Shown here: piece by piece, positions 10,001 through 17,167 of the stretch
Position numbering within the stretch: the stretch's first letter is position 1
How the letters are laid out: every line of letters starts with the position of its first letter
DNA from: an uncultured delta proteobacterium
GTDB taxonomy: Bacteria > Myxococcota_A > Polyangia > Fen-1088
Reading direction: 5' to 3'
NCBI GenBank assembly: GCA_963767925.1
Contig: CAVYGB010000001.1
Coordinates: forward strand, 295,085-359,084
Length of the DNA stretch: 64,000 nt
The notes under the pieces: generated by a model
Database searches by the model: none
Told to the model about the DNA's origin: nothing
The model's input: only the letters and a program-made list of their open reading frames with translations
Made by a program: the position numbers and the translations under genes

Positions 10001-12729
10001 CGGACGATGGCGTCGGCCGAGACCCAGGCCTGGTGGGGTAAAAAGGCGACCGCCAGGCTGACCTGCTGCACGCTGAGCCAGGCGTCCTGGGCCACCGTCG
10101 TGTAGTAGGCCCGGAAGGACTTGTCGACCGGGGGCCGGACCAGGGCCAGCAGCAGGGACACCAGCCAGGGGGCGGCGATCAGCCCGAGGCCCAGCAGGGT
10201 CCAGCGCAGGGGCGATCCGGGCAAAACGGTCCAGCCCGCCAGCAGGAACAGGAGCTGGGCCAGCTCGGTGGTGCTGCGCCGGAGGTTGTCGAGGATCTTC
10301 CAGCGCGACAGCACCGACAGGCGGTTGCGCTCGGGGCCGTCGGGGCCGGGCACGATCCGCCCCAGCCAGCCCAGGAGCTGCCAGTCGCCCCGGATCCAGC
10401 GGTGCTTGCGCCGGGTGAAGGTCTCGTAGCGGGTGGGGTAGTCGTCGTAGACGGCGATGTCGGTGGCCAGCCCGGCCCGGGCGTAGTTGCCCTCGATGAG
10501 GTCATGCGACAGGAGGGTGTTCTCGGGGAAGCGGCCGTGGGTGGCCTGCTCGAAGGCGTCGACGTCGTAGATCCCCTTGCCGGTGTAGCTGCCCTCGCCG
10601 TAGAGGTCCTGGTACACGTCCGAGACGGCGGCGGTGTAGGGGTCCACCCCGGGGTGCCCGGAGTAGATGGCCGCCAGGCGCGAGCGGCTCGCCGAGGGCA
10701 GCGACACGACAACCCGGGGCTGGATGATGCCGTAGCCGGCGACCATCCGCTGCGCCTCCGGGTCGTACACCGGGCGGTTGAGCGGGTGGGCCAGCGCGCC
10801 CACCAGGAGCTGGGCGGCCTCGGGCGGCAAGACCGTGTCGGCGTCGAGGGTGATGACGAAGCGGACCTTGCGAATGGTGGCGATGTCCCCGACGATGGTG
10901 CTGAAGGGCTCGGCGCTGGGCCCGGCCGAGCCGCCGCGCAGGAAGCGGTTGAGCTCGCCGAGCTTGCCCCGCTTGCGCTCCCACCCCATCCAGACCCCCT
11001 GCTGCGCGTTCCACAGGCGCGGCCGGTGAAACAGGTAAAAGGCGTCCTGGGTCTTCGGCGCGTAGCGGGCGTTGAGCGCGCGCACCCCCGCCACCGCGGT
11101 GGCCACGATCTCGGCGTCCTCGGGGCGGGTCTCGCTGGGGGCGTCCAGGAAGTCGCTCAGCAGGGCGAAGTGGACGTGGGCGCCCCGGTTGGCCAGGTAC
11201 AGCGCCTCGAGGTTCTCCAGCGCCTCCGGCACCGCCTTCACGCTCGGCAGCAGGGTGGGGACCACCACCGCCGTGCGCAGCTCGGCGGGGATGCCCCCGT
11301 TGTCGCCGAGGTCCAGCTTCGGCAAGGTGCGGGGGGGCAGGAAGATCGTCACGAGCTGACTGACCACGTTGACCGCCACGTCGAGGGCGGGCAGCAGGGT
11401 GAAGGCCAGCACCAGCAGGACCACCCAGGGCGATCCGGCGGCCGGGGCCAGGGCGGAGAGCGCCGCCAGGACGGTCGCCGTCCAGATCGCGATGCCCCCC
11501 ACGAACACCAGGTTGGGGTGGCCCAGCACGAACCGGTGCAGCGACTCGGTCAAGGTGGGGCGATAGCCCACCGCCCGCTCGAGCTCGGCCAGGCCGGCGT
11601 CGATGAGGAAGTAGCCCACGTGGGTGCGGCGGGGGTCTCCCCCTACCGCGGCGCGCGCCAGCTCGACCGCCTGCCGGGCCACCACCTCCTCGCGGCGGCC
11701 GGTGCGGCGGGCCAGCCGTTCGGCCACGTGCCGGTACTGGTCGCGGGTGGCGAAGGTCATGCGCGGGTAGGCCCCGGCCGGGTCCTCCTGCAGGGCGGCC
11801 TCAAGGCGGCTCTGCCGCTCGACGAAGCTGCGCCAGTCCCGGTGCGAGATGGCCCGCAAGCTCGTGATGCTGTTGGCCATCATGAGCTGGGTGTGGGCCA
11901 TGCGCTGACTCGACCGCGCCGCCGCCTCCTCGGCCCCCAGCCCCTCCTCGCCGATCCAGCTCTCCAGGCGCACCAGCGGCGGCAGCGAGCCGTGGGCGTG
12001 CCGGAGCCGCTGCAACACCCGGCAGATGAAGTCGGCGGTGAGCGGCTCGCGGCGCCCGACGAACTCGCTCAGCACCGAGTTGAGCGCGGCGACGTCCACC
12101 TCGGCCCCGCCCTGGATGCGCTCGGCCCAGCGGTCGGCCTCCTGGATCTCGTCGAGGCGCTTGACCGTGCGCAGGGACATGCGCCGGACGTTCTCGATCA
12201 GCCCCAGGCGCAACATGGCCGGCATGGCCCACAGCTCGCCGATCGACAGGGGGGCCACCCGCTGGAAGGCCTCGACGAACAGCTCGACGTTGCCGAGGTC
12301 GATGCGCCCCTCGGTGTGGGCGATCAGCGTGATCGCCAGCTCGTAGACCCGGGGGTAGCCCGCCAGCGGACCCCGGGTCAGCTCGGGGAGCTGCCGGTAG
12401 TACCCGCGCGGCAGGCTCTCGCGCACCTCGCGGATGTGCTCCTGGACGACGTGGTAGTTGTCGAGCAGCCATTCGCCGGCCGGGCCGACGTCGACCTTGG
12501 CGTCGGCGCTCAGCCGGGCGTGGGCCCGCTCGACGATGACCTGGGTGCTGTCGAGCCGGGCCAGCAGAGGGGTGCGCCGGCCCTTGCCGCTGGCGGCCAC
12601 TCGCCGCTCGCTGGCCAGCACGCGCGCGCGCTCGGCCAGGCCCTCTGCCCCGAGCAACTCACCCCTCAGGGGCACGGCGATCAGCTCCTCCCGTTCCGGG
12701 GGAGGGCGCTTGAATGGAAGGTTCAGCAA
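4006..12729 (-). CDS. ndvB: Cyclic beta-1,2-glucan synthase-like giant protein (membrane GT domain plus C-terminal GH94 glucan-phosphorylase-like domain)
   Basis: Uninterrupted 2,907-aa ORF with a central glycosyltransferase block ('ITLDADTVLPP', 'RKHRWIRGDWQ'), multiple TM helices, and a C-terminal cellobiose/chitobiose-phosphorylase-like block ('GSGDWNDGMNRVG'). Size and layout match NdvB/ChvB/Cgs. Confidence 0.85.
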   Translation of the reverse strand: MLNLPFKRPPPEREELIAVPLRGELLGAEGLAERARVLASERRVAASGKGRRTPLLARLDSTQVIVERAHARLSADAKVDVGPAGEWLLDNYHVVQEHIREVRESLPRGYYRQLPELTRGPLAGYPRVYELAITLIAHTEGRIDLGNVELFVEAFQRVAPLSIGELWAMPAMLRLGLIENVRRMSLRTVKRLDEIQEADRWAERIQGGAEVDVAALNSVLSEFVGRREPLTADFICRVLQRLRHAHGSLPPLVRLESWIGEEGLGAEEAAARSSQRMAHTQLMMANSITSLRAISHRDWRSFVERQSRLEAALQEDPAGAYPRMTFATRDQYRHVAERLARRTGRREEVVARQAVELARAAVGGDPRRTHVGYFLIDAGLAELERAVGYRPTLTESLHRFVLGHPNLVFVGGIAIWTATVLAALSALAPAAGSPWVVLLVLAFTLLPALDVAVNVVSQLVTIFLPPRTLPKLDLGDNGGIPAELRTAVVVPTLLPSVKAVPEALENLEALYLANRGAHVHFALLSDFLDAPSETRPEDAEIVATAVAGVRALNARYAPKTQDAFYLFHRPRLWNAQQGVWMGWERKRGKLGELNRFLRGGSAGPSAEPFSTIVGDIATIRKVRFVITLDADTVLPPEAAQLLVGALAHPLNRPVYDPEAQRMVAGYGIIQPRVVVSLPSASRSRLAAIYSGHPGVDPYTAAVSDVYQDLYGEGSYTGKGIYDVDAFEQATHGRFPENTLLSHDLIEGNYARAGLATDIAVYDDYPTRYETFTRRKHRWIRGDWQLLGWLGRIVPGPDGPERNRLSVLSRWKILDNLRRSTTELAQLLFLLAGWTVLPGSPLRWTLLGLGLIAAPWLVSLLLALVRPPVDKSFRAYYTTVAQDAWLSVQQVSLAVAFLPHQAWVSADAIVRTWWRLFVSRRRLLDWQAARQVEGAARGTAAEVWGLMRPGLLLVLAMAAAVAGGVLLEGTSAHRLGEILPVALPFALLWGLSPALAHDLGSPMLPPRRRLGLASRAQATRYALLHWRFFDRFVGAETSWLPPDNYQDDPAPVLAMRTSPTNVGLALLATASAQKLGFISTAVMVDRLEQAFATLDRLRKFRGHFYNWYDLHDLRVLEPAYISTVDSGNLAGHLIALRQACLQIVDEPAADERVWRGLVAALGMSIERLVAGQSADPDAAALRVAAGQVRFAQAALVAREARPGSPGTFLPAVEQHMDRARAALRGRPAGPVSEWIDLSLALIASQSAQLRDLGGEPGPASVGPSWRELAAGAPAAAALVERLHSLADRAHRLAMDMDFTFLYDRERKLFAIGYQESSHALDGSFYDLLASEARLASFVAIAKSDVPVDHWFRLGRSLTHAPAGTALVSWSGSMFEYLMPVLVMRSYPFTLLEQTHRNAVRRQISYGDERGVPWGTSESAYNVRDRHFTYQYRAFGVPDLALKRGLGRDLVVAPYAAVLATMVHPRPALANLQALDRMGALGPYGFRDAIDYTRPAPGKRQAIVQNYMAHHIGMGLVALANLLEEDLWQRRFHADPLVRSAELLLHERIPRAVVLNQPQRARPEEGLPDPDLDRPAERAVDSPFTPTPRIALLGHVPYTIMISQGGGGYSRYENQAVTRWRADGTRDATGQFCYLKDLASGAVWSAAHQPVCAPGDWFGTVLATDRVTFRRVDGEIETRTEVVAVPADAAEVRRVTVTNNGGKAREIELTSYGEIVLASPDSDRAHPAFANLFIETEWHDWCSAVTATRRPRSETDKPLWCVHVVATGDERVGLVSCETDRARFIGRGRTTRDPVALEGDGPLSDTTGAVLDPIFALRTRLRLRPGQSASVAFTTLVAPTRERAFELADRYDDLHAAQRALDLAWTASQIELGELRISPRDAAVFQDLAGHLFYANPALRVPQADLLRNRGSQPMLWGAGISGDWPIVLATIDSPEGLPTLQQLFAAHHYWRRRGVTADLVVINDHPSAYLQELNERIMQSRFAAGDAGLTDQPGGVFLRQRDLLQPEDLLMLRATARVVVPCDGRPLGRILDSASRGADLERQEDPLLEEAPLRLPAAASGQHVVPTPLRGVPLVRTTPMRGSAAPSAPADPTPVGDPVGAAAGALAFDNGLGGVTADGAYQIAVRGDRLPPAPWVNVIANARAGFVVSERGGGFTWAESSYFYRLTPWHNDPVSDPPTEVIYLRDEDSDELWSATPAPLGKEAAFTVRHEPGLSSFEQERSGIGSRLALGLAEEDPVKIALLTLTNRSGRPRRLTVTTFVEWNLGVMREHTQHQVLTRFDGALGTLFARNFFSPDFDHQVAFHTLSEAVREHTGDRHEFLGRNGSLADPAGLQQPALAGTTGAGFDPCAALRCSISLQPGESRELAVLLGAGEGTEEATRLARTYRGVAAAKAAVEATVAAWQRRLSVVTVHTPEPSFDLMINRWTLYQALSCRVWARSALYQSSGAYGFRDQLQDIMALLYAEPAIARTQILRAAARQFVEGDVQHWWHPQSGRGVRTRFSDDLVWLPYVVDHYLRVTGDRTLLDESVPFLTMRALEPHEHEVYDLPQVADEQASVHEHCLRALRRACTTGEHGLPLMGSGDWNDGMNRVGLAGRGESVWVAWFLVTTLRAYAEQVDARPKDERGGDGVAADLRARAKAYREAIEASAWDGEWYRRAFFDDGSPLGTATASECRIDAIAQSWSVISGAGEKSRQVTAMAAFERHLVREDARLLLLLDPPFDKTTHDPGYIKGYLPGVRENGAQYTHAALWSVLATARLGQRDRAFELYQMLNPLTHARTPEEVATYKVEPYVVAADVYNAAGHVGRGGWTWYTGSASWMYRVGLEEILGLTRRGDTLEVRPCVPAAWSHYRIDYRHGGSTYQITVHPRPDGAALPVVVDGHRRADGRIPLVDDGQTHQVRIGGEGA

Positions 12730-13164
12730 GGAGGGAGCGTTCTGGATCGGCGAACAGAGGGCCGCGCGGAGGGCCGTGCGGTCAGCGCGGAGGGTGCCGC
12801 GAAGGGCTGGCGAAGGCCAGGAAGGTCCGGGAAAGCTGGCGGGAAAGCCGGCATGATAGCCAACTTCACCCCCGGCGCGACGGAGACTGCCCCTTCCGGG
12901 GCGCGCGAGCCAGAGGCATGATGGCGCCGTCCCCGTTGCTTGGTGATAAGTATCGAGAAATGTTCGAGAACATCAGGCGCCTCGCCCGGGCGGCTCGAGC
13001 GAGCCGCTCGTTGCGGAGGGCCGGGCAGCACCGGCAAGCTCACCTCGGAGCTATGGGTGCGCGTCGACCGGCTGCCAACCGGCGGTCCGCGCGCCGCCGT
13101 CCTTGCCTCGCGGCAAAGTCGTCGCATGGTTGTGGGATGCCCGCGACCCGGAGGTGAGACCGAC

Positions 13165-14166
13165 ATGCGCCTCATCGGTGGAGGGCACCTCTCGATCAAG
13201 GACTTCGTCAGGCGGCTGTACCGGGCCTACCAGGACGATCTCCTCTTCGATAGCGCCGCCCAGCTCAGCTACTACTTCCTGTTTTCCCTGTTCCCGTTCC
13301 TGTTTTTCCTGGCGACCCTGACCGCCTACTTGCCCCTGGCCGAGCTGCTGGCCCGGTTGATCCCCCAGATCCGGATCTTCGCCCCCGTCCAGGTCTCGAT
13401 CTTCGTCGAGGAGCACCTGCACACCCTCACCGCCGAGCAGCGGCCCCGCCTGCTGGCCTTCTCCCTGCTGGGCAGCGTCTTCGCCGCCTCCCGGGGCATC
13501 GACGCCATCCGCCGGGCCCTCAACCTGGCCTACGACGTGAAAGAGTCGCGGCCGATGTGGAAGACCGAGCTCTCGGCCATCGCCCTGACCATCGCCGGGG
13601 CCACCTCGGTGATGTGCGGCGTGGCCCTGCTGGTGGCGGGCGGCGACGTCGGCTTCTGGATCGCCGAGCGGCTGCACGTCGAGACCACCTACATGCTCGT
13701 CGTCCGCCAGATGCGCTGGCCGGTCGCCGGGACGTTGATCGCGACCCTGGTCGCCACCGCCTACCACGTCTTGCCGGACGTGCAGCAGCGGACGAAGTTC
13801 CTGCTGCCGGGGGCTTTCATGGCCACCGGCCTGTGGCTCGTCGCCACCTGGGGCTTCGGCCAGTACGTGTCCGCCTTCAACACCTACAACATCACCTACG
13901 GCTCGCTCGGCGGCATGGTCGTCCTGCTGGTCTGGCTCTACCTCTCCGGCCTGCTCTTCGTCCTCGGCGGCACCGTCAACGCCATCCTCGAGCACGCCTC
14001 CGCCACCGGCAAAGCCCAGGGCGCCCGCACCGAAGGCACCCCCTCCCCCCCCCGCCCCGACCGCCCCAGCGCCTCCCCCCCCGGCGCCACCGTCAACGCC
14101 ACCGTCGCCGCCCGCACCACCGGCGTGCGAGAGCCCCCGGAGGAGCCCCCCGCGGGGAAGGGGTAG
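13165..14166 (+). CDS. YihY/BrkB (virulence factor BrkB / 'RNase BN'-annotated) family membrane protein
   Basis: 'FDSAAQLSYYFLFSLFPFLFFL' signature, about 6 TM helices and a Pro-rich tail. The ATG at 13165 was chosen over the long upstream track extension. Confidence 0.8.
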   Translation: MRLIGGGHLSIKDFVRRLYRAYQDDLLFDSAAQLSYYFLFSLFPFLFFLATLTAYLPLAELLARLIPQIRIFAPVQVSIFVEEHLHTLTAEQRPRLLAFSLLGSVFAASRGIDAIRRALNLAYDVKESRPMWKTELSAIALTIAGATSVMCGVALLVAGGDVGFWIAERLHVETTYMLVVRQMRWPVAGTLIATLVATAYHVLPDVQQRTKFLLPGAFMATGLWLVATWGFGQYVSAFNTYNITYGSLGGMVVLLVWLYLSGLLFVLGGTVNAILEHASATGKAQGARTEGTPSPPRPDRPSASPPGATVNATVAARTTGVREPPEEPPAGKG

Positions 14167-14267
14167 CCATGGTCAGTGTCGTGACCGCTGCTCCGGTTCA
14201 ATCGGGGGGCGGCTCGGGCTGAGGCAGGCAGAGCCCTCGACGGCGGGGAGCTCGGCGCCGCGGGCGC

Positions 14268-14498
14268 GTGCTTCGAACCGGGCCAGCACGGGAGTCCAAC
14301 CGCCTTCAATCAGGGTGCGCAAACACCTTCGTCGCCGGAACCAAGGCGCTCGACGGAGACGAGCTCGCCGGGTGCTTCTCGCAGGCGCTCGACCGCTCGA
14401 TCAGGTTCGTGAGCCTTCCCATCGATCGATTCGAGCAGGGTGTCGACGCCGCCATCGGTCCGGGCGCGGAGAGGTTTCAGCTTCTAGCCGGTCCGTAG
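14268..14498 (+). pseudogene. Possible C-terminal remnant of an NmrA-like/NAD(P)-binding protein
   Basis: 'DGDELAGCFSQALDRSIRFVSLPIDRFEQGV' resembles the C-terminal region of NmrA-family proteins. There is no N-terminal Rossmann part upstream. Confidence 0.3.
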
Positions 14499-14623
14499 GG
14501 CTTGTCGCGAAACAGGTTGCGGCAGAGGGTGGTCTTGCCGGACTGACGCGGTCCGGTAACGGTCACCACCGGGTACTGGGCGGCCAGGCTCCGGAGCACC
14601 GGCTCCGCGTTGCGCGGAATCAT
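14477..14623 (-). pseudogene. 48-codon N-terminal remnant of an AAA ATPase (DUF4143-type 'ATP-binding protein')
   Basis: My translation is 'MIPRNAEPVLRSLAAQYPVVTVTGPRQSGKTTLCRNLFRDKPYGPARS*'. It has a Walker A (GPRQSGKTT) in the usual position, and the rest of the roughly 400-aa protein is missing. Confidence 0.55.
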
Positions 14624-14644
14624 TCCGGTAGTTTAAGCGACTAT

Positions 14645-14677
14645 GCACCGATTGAAAGTTGGACTTTCAATCGGTGC
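14645..14677. repeat. Perfect 15-bp-arm palindrome GCACCGATTGAAAGT-tgg-ACTTTCAATCGGTGC
   Basis: Read directly from the sequence. It is AT-rich relative to its surroundings. A degenerate half-copy lies at 14293-14319. Confidence 0.9.
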
Positions 14678-14715
14678 GGCCCGGCGCGTTGCCGCGCAGG
14701 CGGCGGCGGGGGGCC

Positions 14716-15858
14716 TCAGTTCGGCGGGGGCTGGCGGCAGTCGCTGGTGGGGGTGGGGCCGGGGGTGATGGCGAAGTTGGCGAAGCGGACGATCTCGAGC
14801 TCGCGGGTGTTGGGGGAGATGCCGCGGTAGAGGCCCCACTTCGGGCGGACGTAGGAGCCCTGGCGCCACATGTCGATGCCCTTCTCGTCGACGGTGAGGA
14901 CGGTGGATCCGTCGGGGCGCTTGATGGTCACGAAGACGACGCCGTTGTCCTTGTATTCGATCCGGCAGACCACCTCGAGCCAGATGCCCTTGGCATCGGT
15001 GACCGGGGCGGTGGCCAGGGCCCGGACGGCGCCGCCGGCGTCGCCGATGTACTCGACGATCAGCTTGTCGGCGCCGCCGTTGGGGGCGACCTTGATGTTG
15101 ATCAGCGGGAGCTTGTCGTTGCCCCCGAACGACTTGAGCTGAAACATGGCGTTGAAGCGCGGCGAGTAGATCATCCCGGCGTCCATCTTGAAGCGCCAGG
15201 TATAGGTGACGGTCTCGCCGGCGGTGCCCTGCATGCTGTCGGCGGCGCCGGTGTGCACCTTGATCTCGAGCCGGTTCTTGCCGTTGTTGGTGCCGCGGTC
15301 GGAGTCGTTCTGGTGCACGTGGAAGGCGAAGTGGTGGCCGACCTCGGCGTCGGTGTCCTCCTGCACGTGGCGGAAGGGCGGGGTGTGGTCGCCGTCGGGG
15401 TTCTCGATGCAGTTCTTGCCGAAGATGCTCTCGAGCAGGGCGTAGGTGTCTTTCCCCCCGGCGCCGTCGGCGTTGATGCACACGGTGCTGCCGGCGGCCG
15501 GCGGGCTGGTGTCCGCCGCGCGGGCGTCGCCCCGGGGGCCCGGCCCCGCGGACCCATCGGCCCGCGTGCCGGCATCGGCCCCCGGGCTGCCCGCGTTGCC
15601 GCCGCTGCCCGCGTTGCCGCCGCTGCCCGCGGAGCCGCCGCTGCCCGCGACGCCACCCGTCCCGGCCGCCCCACCGGTCCCGCCGCTCGCGCCCGGGCGA
15701 CCGGCGGCTGGCTCCGGGCCTCCCGCACCGGCCGGGCCGCCTCCGCCCGTGCCGCCGGGCGGATCGCCGTCGCCCGAGCTGCAGGCCAGCGCCAGGGCCG
15801 ACGCGAGCAGCCAGACCTGCGGCCCGAATCGGCCGGGGAGGGGACGAACGATCTTCAT
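14716..15858 (-). CDS. Secreted lipoprotein with polysaccharide-lyase-like (jelly-roll, PF14099-type) domain
   Basis: Signal 'MKIVRPLPGRFGPQVWLLASALALACSS' followed by a Gly/Ser/Ala linker. The catalytic-domain blocks 'GKNRLEIKV', 'TYTWRFKM' and 'FQLKSFGG' resemble the heparin-lyase-I/PL-like family. The family call is tentative. Confidence 0.55.
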   Translation of the reverse strand: MKIVRPLPGRFGPQVWLLASALALACSSGDGDPPGGTGGGGPAGAGGPEPAAGRPGASGGTGGAAGTGGVAGSGGSAGSGGNAGSGGNAGSPGADAGTRADGSAGPGPRGDARAADTSPPAAGSTVCINADGAGGKDTYALLESIFGKNCIENPDGDHTPPFRHVQEDTDAEVGHHFAFHVHQNDSDRGTNNGKNRLEIKVHTGAADSMQGTAGETVTYTWRFKMDAGMIYSPRFNAMFQLKSFGGNDKLPLINIKVAPNGGADKLIVEYIGDAGGAVRALATAPVTDAKGIWLEVVCRIEYKDNGVVFVTIKRPDGSTVLTVDEKGIDMWRQGSYVRPKWGLYRGISPNTRELEIVRFANFAITPGPTPTSDCRQPPPN

Positions 15859-16096
15859 GGAGTTGGCCATCCCTAATACGTGTCGGTCGAAGCCTGCCGT
15901 CACATCCTATCCGCTGACCTCCTGCGTGACCGTCCCCGCGATCGGCGGCGCAGACGGGGGCCAGCGTCCGGGCCCGCGGCCGGCCAACGCGGAACGACAT
16001 CATCGGTGCCACCCTGTATCGGCGTCGGGCGGCGGTCGCGGGCGGGGCGATGCAGGTATCTCCCGGCAGCCCCGGAGCGCATGATGCCGGCGAGAC

Positions 16097-17167
16097 ATGG
16101 CCAGCGCGATCCCCACCGAGCCGATCGGAAGCATCCCCCGGCCCGCCTCGTTGATCGCGGCCATCGAGGCCACAGGGTCGGCGACGAGCCCCGCGCTCGA
16201 CTCGCTGTACGAGCAGGCCGTCTCCGATACCATCGAGCGCTTCGAGGCCACCGGCTCGCCGGTGGTGACCGACGGCGAGCAACGGAAGTATCACAACTTC
16301 TGGACCTACGGCGTCCACGGCCTGCCGAACACGTCCCCCGATGGCTTCAAGATCCCCTTCGCGGCCGGACACGTCCGCCGGATGCCACGCCTGACCGGTG
16401 GGCCCTTCCGCTACGTGCGCACCGCCGACGCCTATCTCGACGTGGCGTTGCGCTACGCCGGCAAGCCGGTCAAGCAGGCGGTCATCTCGCCGTCGGCGCT
16501 GTCGCTGATGTACCCGGCGGTCGAGCTGCCCGGCTACCCGCGCCAGCAGTTCCTGCGCGATCTCCTGCAAGAGCACGAGCGGGAGGTCCGGGCCTGCCTC
16601 GCCCGGGGGGCCCACGTGGTCCAGATCGACTTTACCGAGGGGCGACTGGCGGTGAAGCTCGATCCCGGCGGCGGCCTCCTGCGTAGCTTCATCGAGCTCA
16701 ACAACCTGGCGCTCGCGCGCTTCGGCGCCGACGAGCGCAAGCGGCTGGGCGTCCACACCTGTCCGGGGGGCGACCGCGACTCCACCCACAGCGCCGACGT
16801 CGACTACCGCGAGCTGCTGCCGAGCCTGTTTCAGCTCAAGGTGGGCAACTTCTACGTGGCGCTGGCCCGGGAGCCGGACCGGGTCCGGGTCCTCGAGATC
16901 ATCCGCGACCACCTCCCGTCCGACCGGCGGGTGTTCGTCGGCGTCATCGATCCGATCGATCCGCGGGTCGAGTCGCCCGAAGCGGTCCGCGACCGGGTCC
17001 TGGAGGCCGCCCGCTACATCCCCCTGGCCCAGCTCGGCACCACCGACGACTGCGGCTTCTCGCCCTTCAGCGACGACACCTCGACCAGCCGGGAGACCGC
17101 CTTCGCGAAGGTGCGGGCGCGGGTCCTGGGGACCGCCCTGGCCTCCGAGGTCCTCGCAGCACGCTGA
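16097..17167 (+). CDS. Cobalamin-independent methionine synthase II (MetE C-terminal-like) family protein
   Basis: 356 aa with 'HTCPGGDRDSTHS', 'VGVIDPIDPRVESPEAV' and 'TTDDCGFSPF', the zinc/cysteine blocks of the MetE-like UROD fold. Confidence 0.8.
   Translation: MASAIPTEPIGSIPRPASLIAAIEATGSATSPALDSLYEQAVSDTIERFEATGSPVVTDGEQRKYHNFWTYGVHGLPNTSPDGFKIPFAAGHVRRMPRLTGGPFRYVRTADAYLDVALRYAGKPVKQAVISPSALSLMYPAVELPGYPRQQFLRDLLQEHEREVRACLARGAHVVQIDFTEGRLAVKLDPGGGLLRSFIELNNLALARFGADERKRLGVHTCPGGDRDSTHSADVDYRELLPSLFQLKVGNFYVALAREPDRVRVLEIIRDHLPSDRRVFVGVIDPIDPRVESPEAVRDRVLEAARYIPLAQLGTTDDCGFSPFSDDTSTSRETAFAKVRARVLGTALASEVLAAR

Noticed and set aside
5008-10041. Very long ORFs overlapping the glucan-synthase gene on the opposite strand or in other frames (5008..10041 + 1677 aa; 3788..6157 -; 6443..8155 -; 10402..12921 +).
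   Set aside because: They are Arg/Pro/Gly/Ala-dominated products with no recognisable motifs. They are the expected stop-free shadow frames of a very GC-rich gene, and the 2,907-aa frame carries all the conserved blocks.
12960-12973. Small palindrome ATGTTC-ga-GAACAT in the AT-richer patch of the 435-bp region between the glucan-synthase start and the yihY-like gene.
   Set aside because: The arms are only 6 bp, so it is expected by chance in a region of that size. There is no second copy and no associated regulator gene.
15586-15653. 18-bp tandem DNA repeats (CTGCCCGCGTTGCCGCCG x3-4); similar repeats at about 60600-60690.
   Set aside because: They are in-frame and encode the (GSGGNA)n-type Gly/Ser/Ala linkers of the lyase-like and esterase lipoproteins. 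This is coding low complexity and not a CRISPR array or non-coding repeat array. They may still be length-variable between strains.
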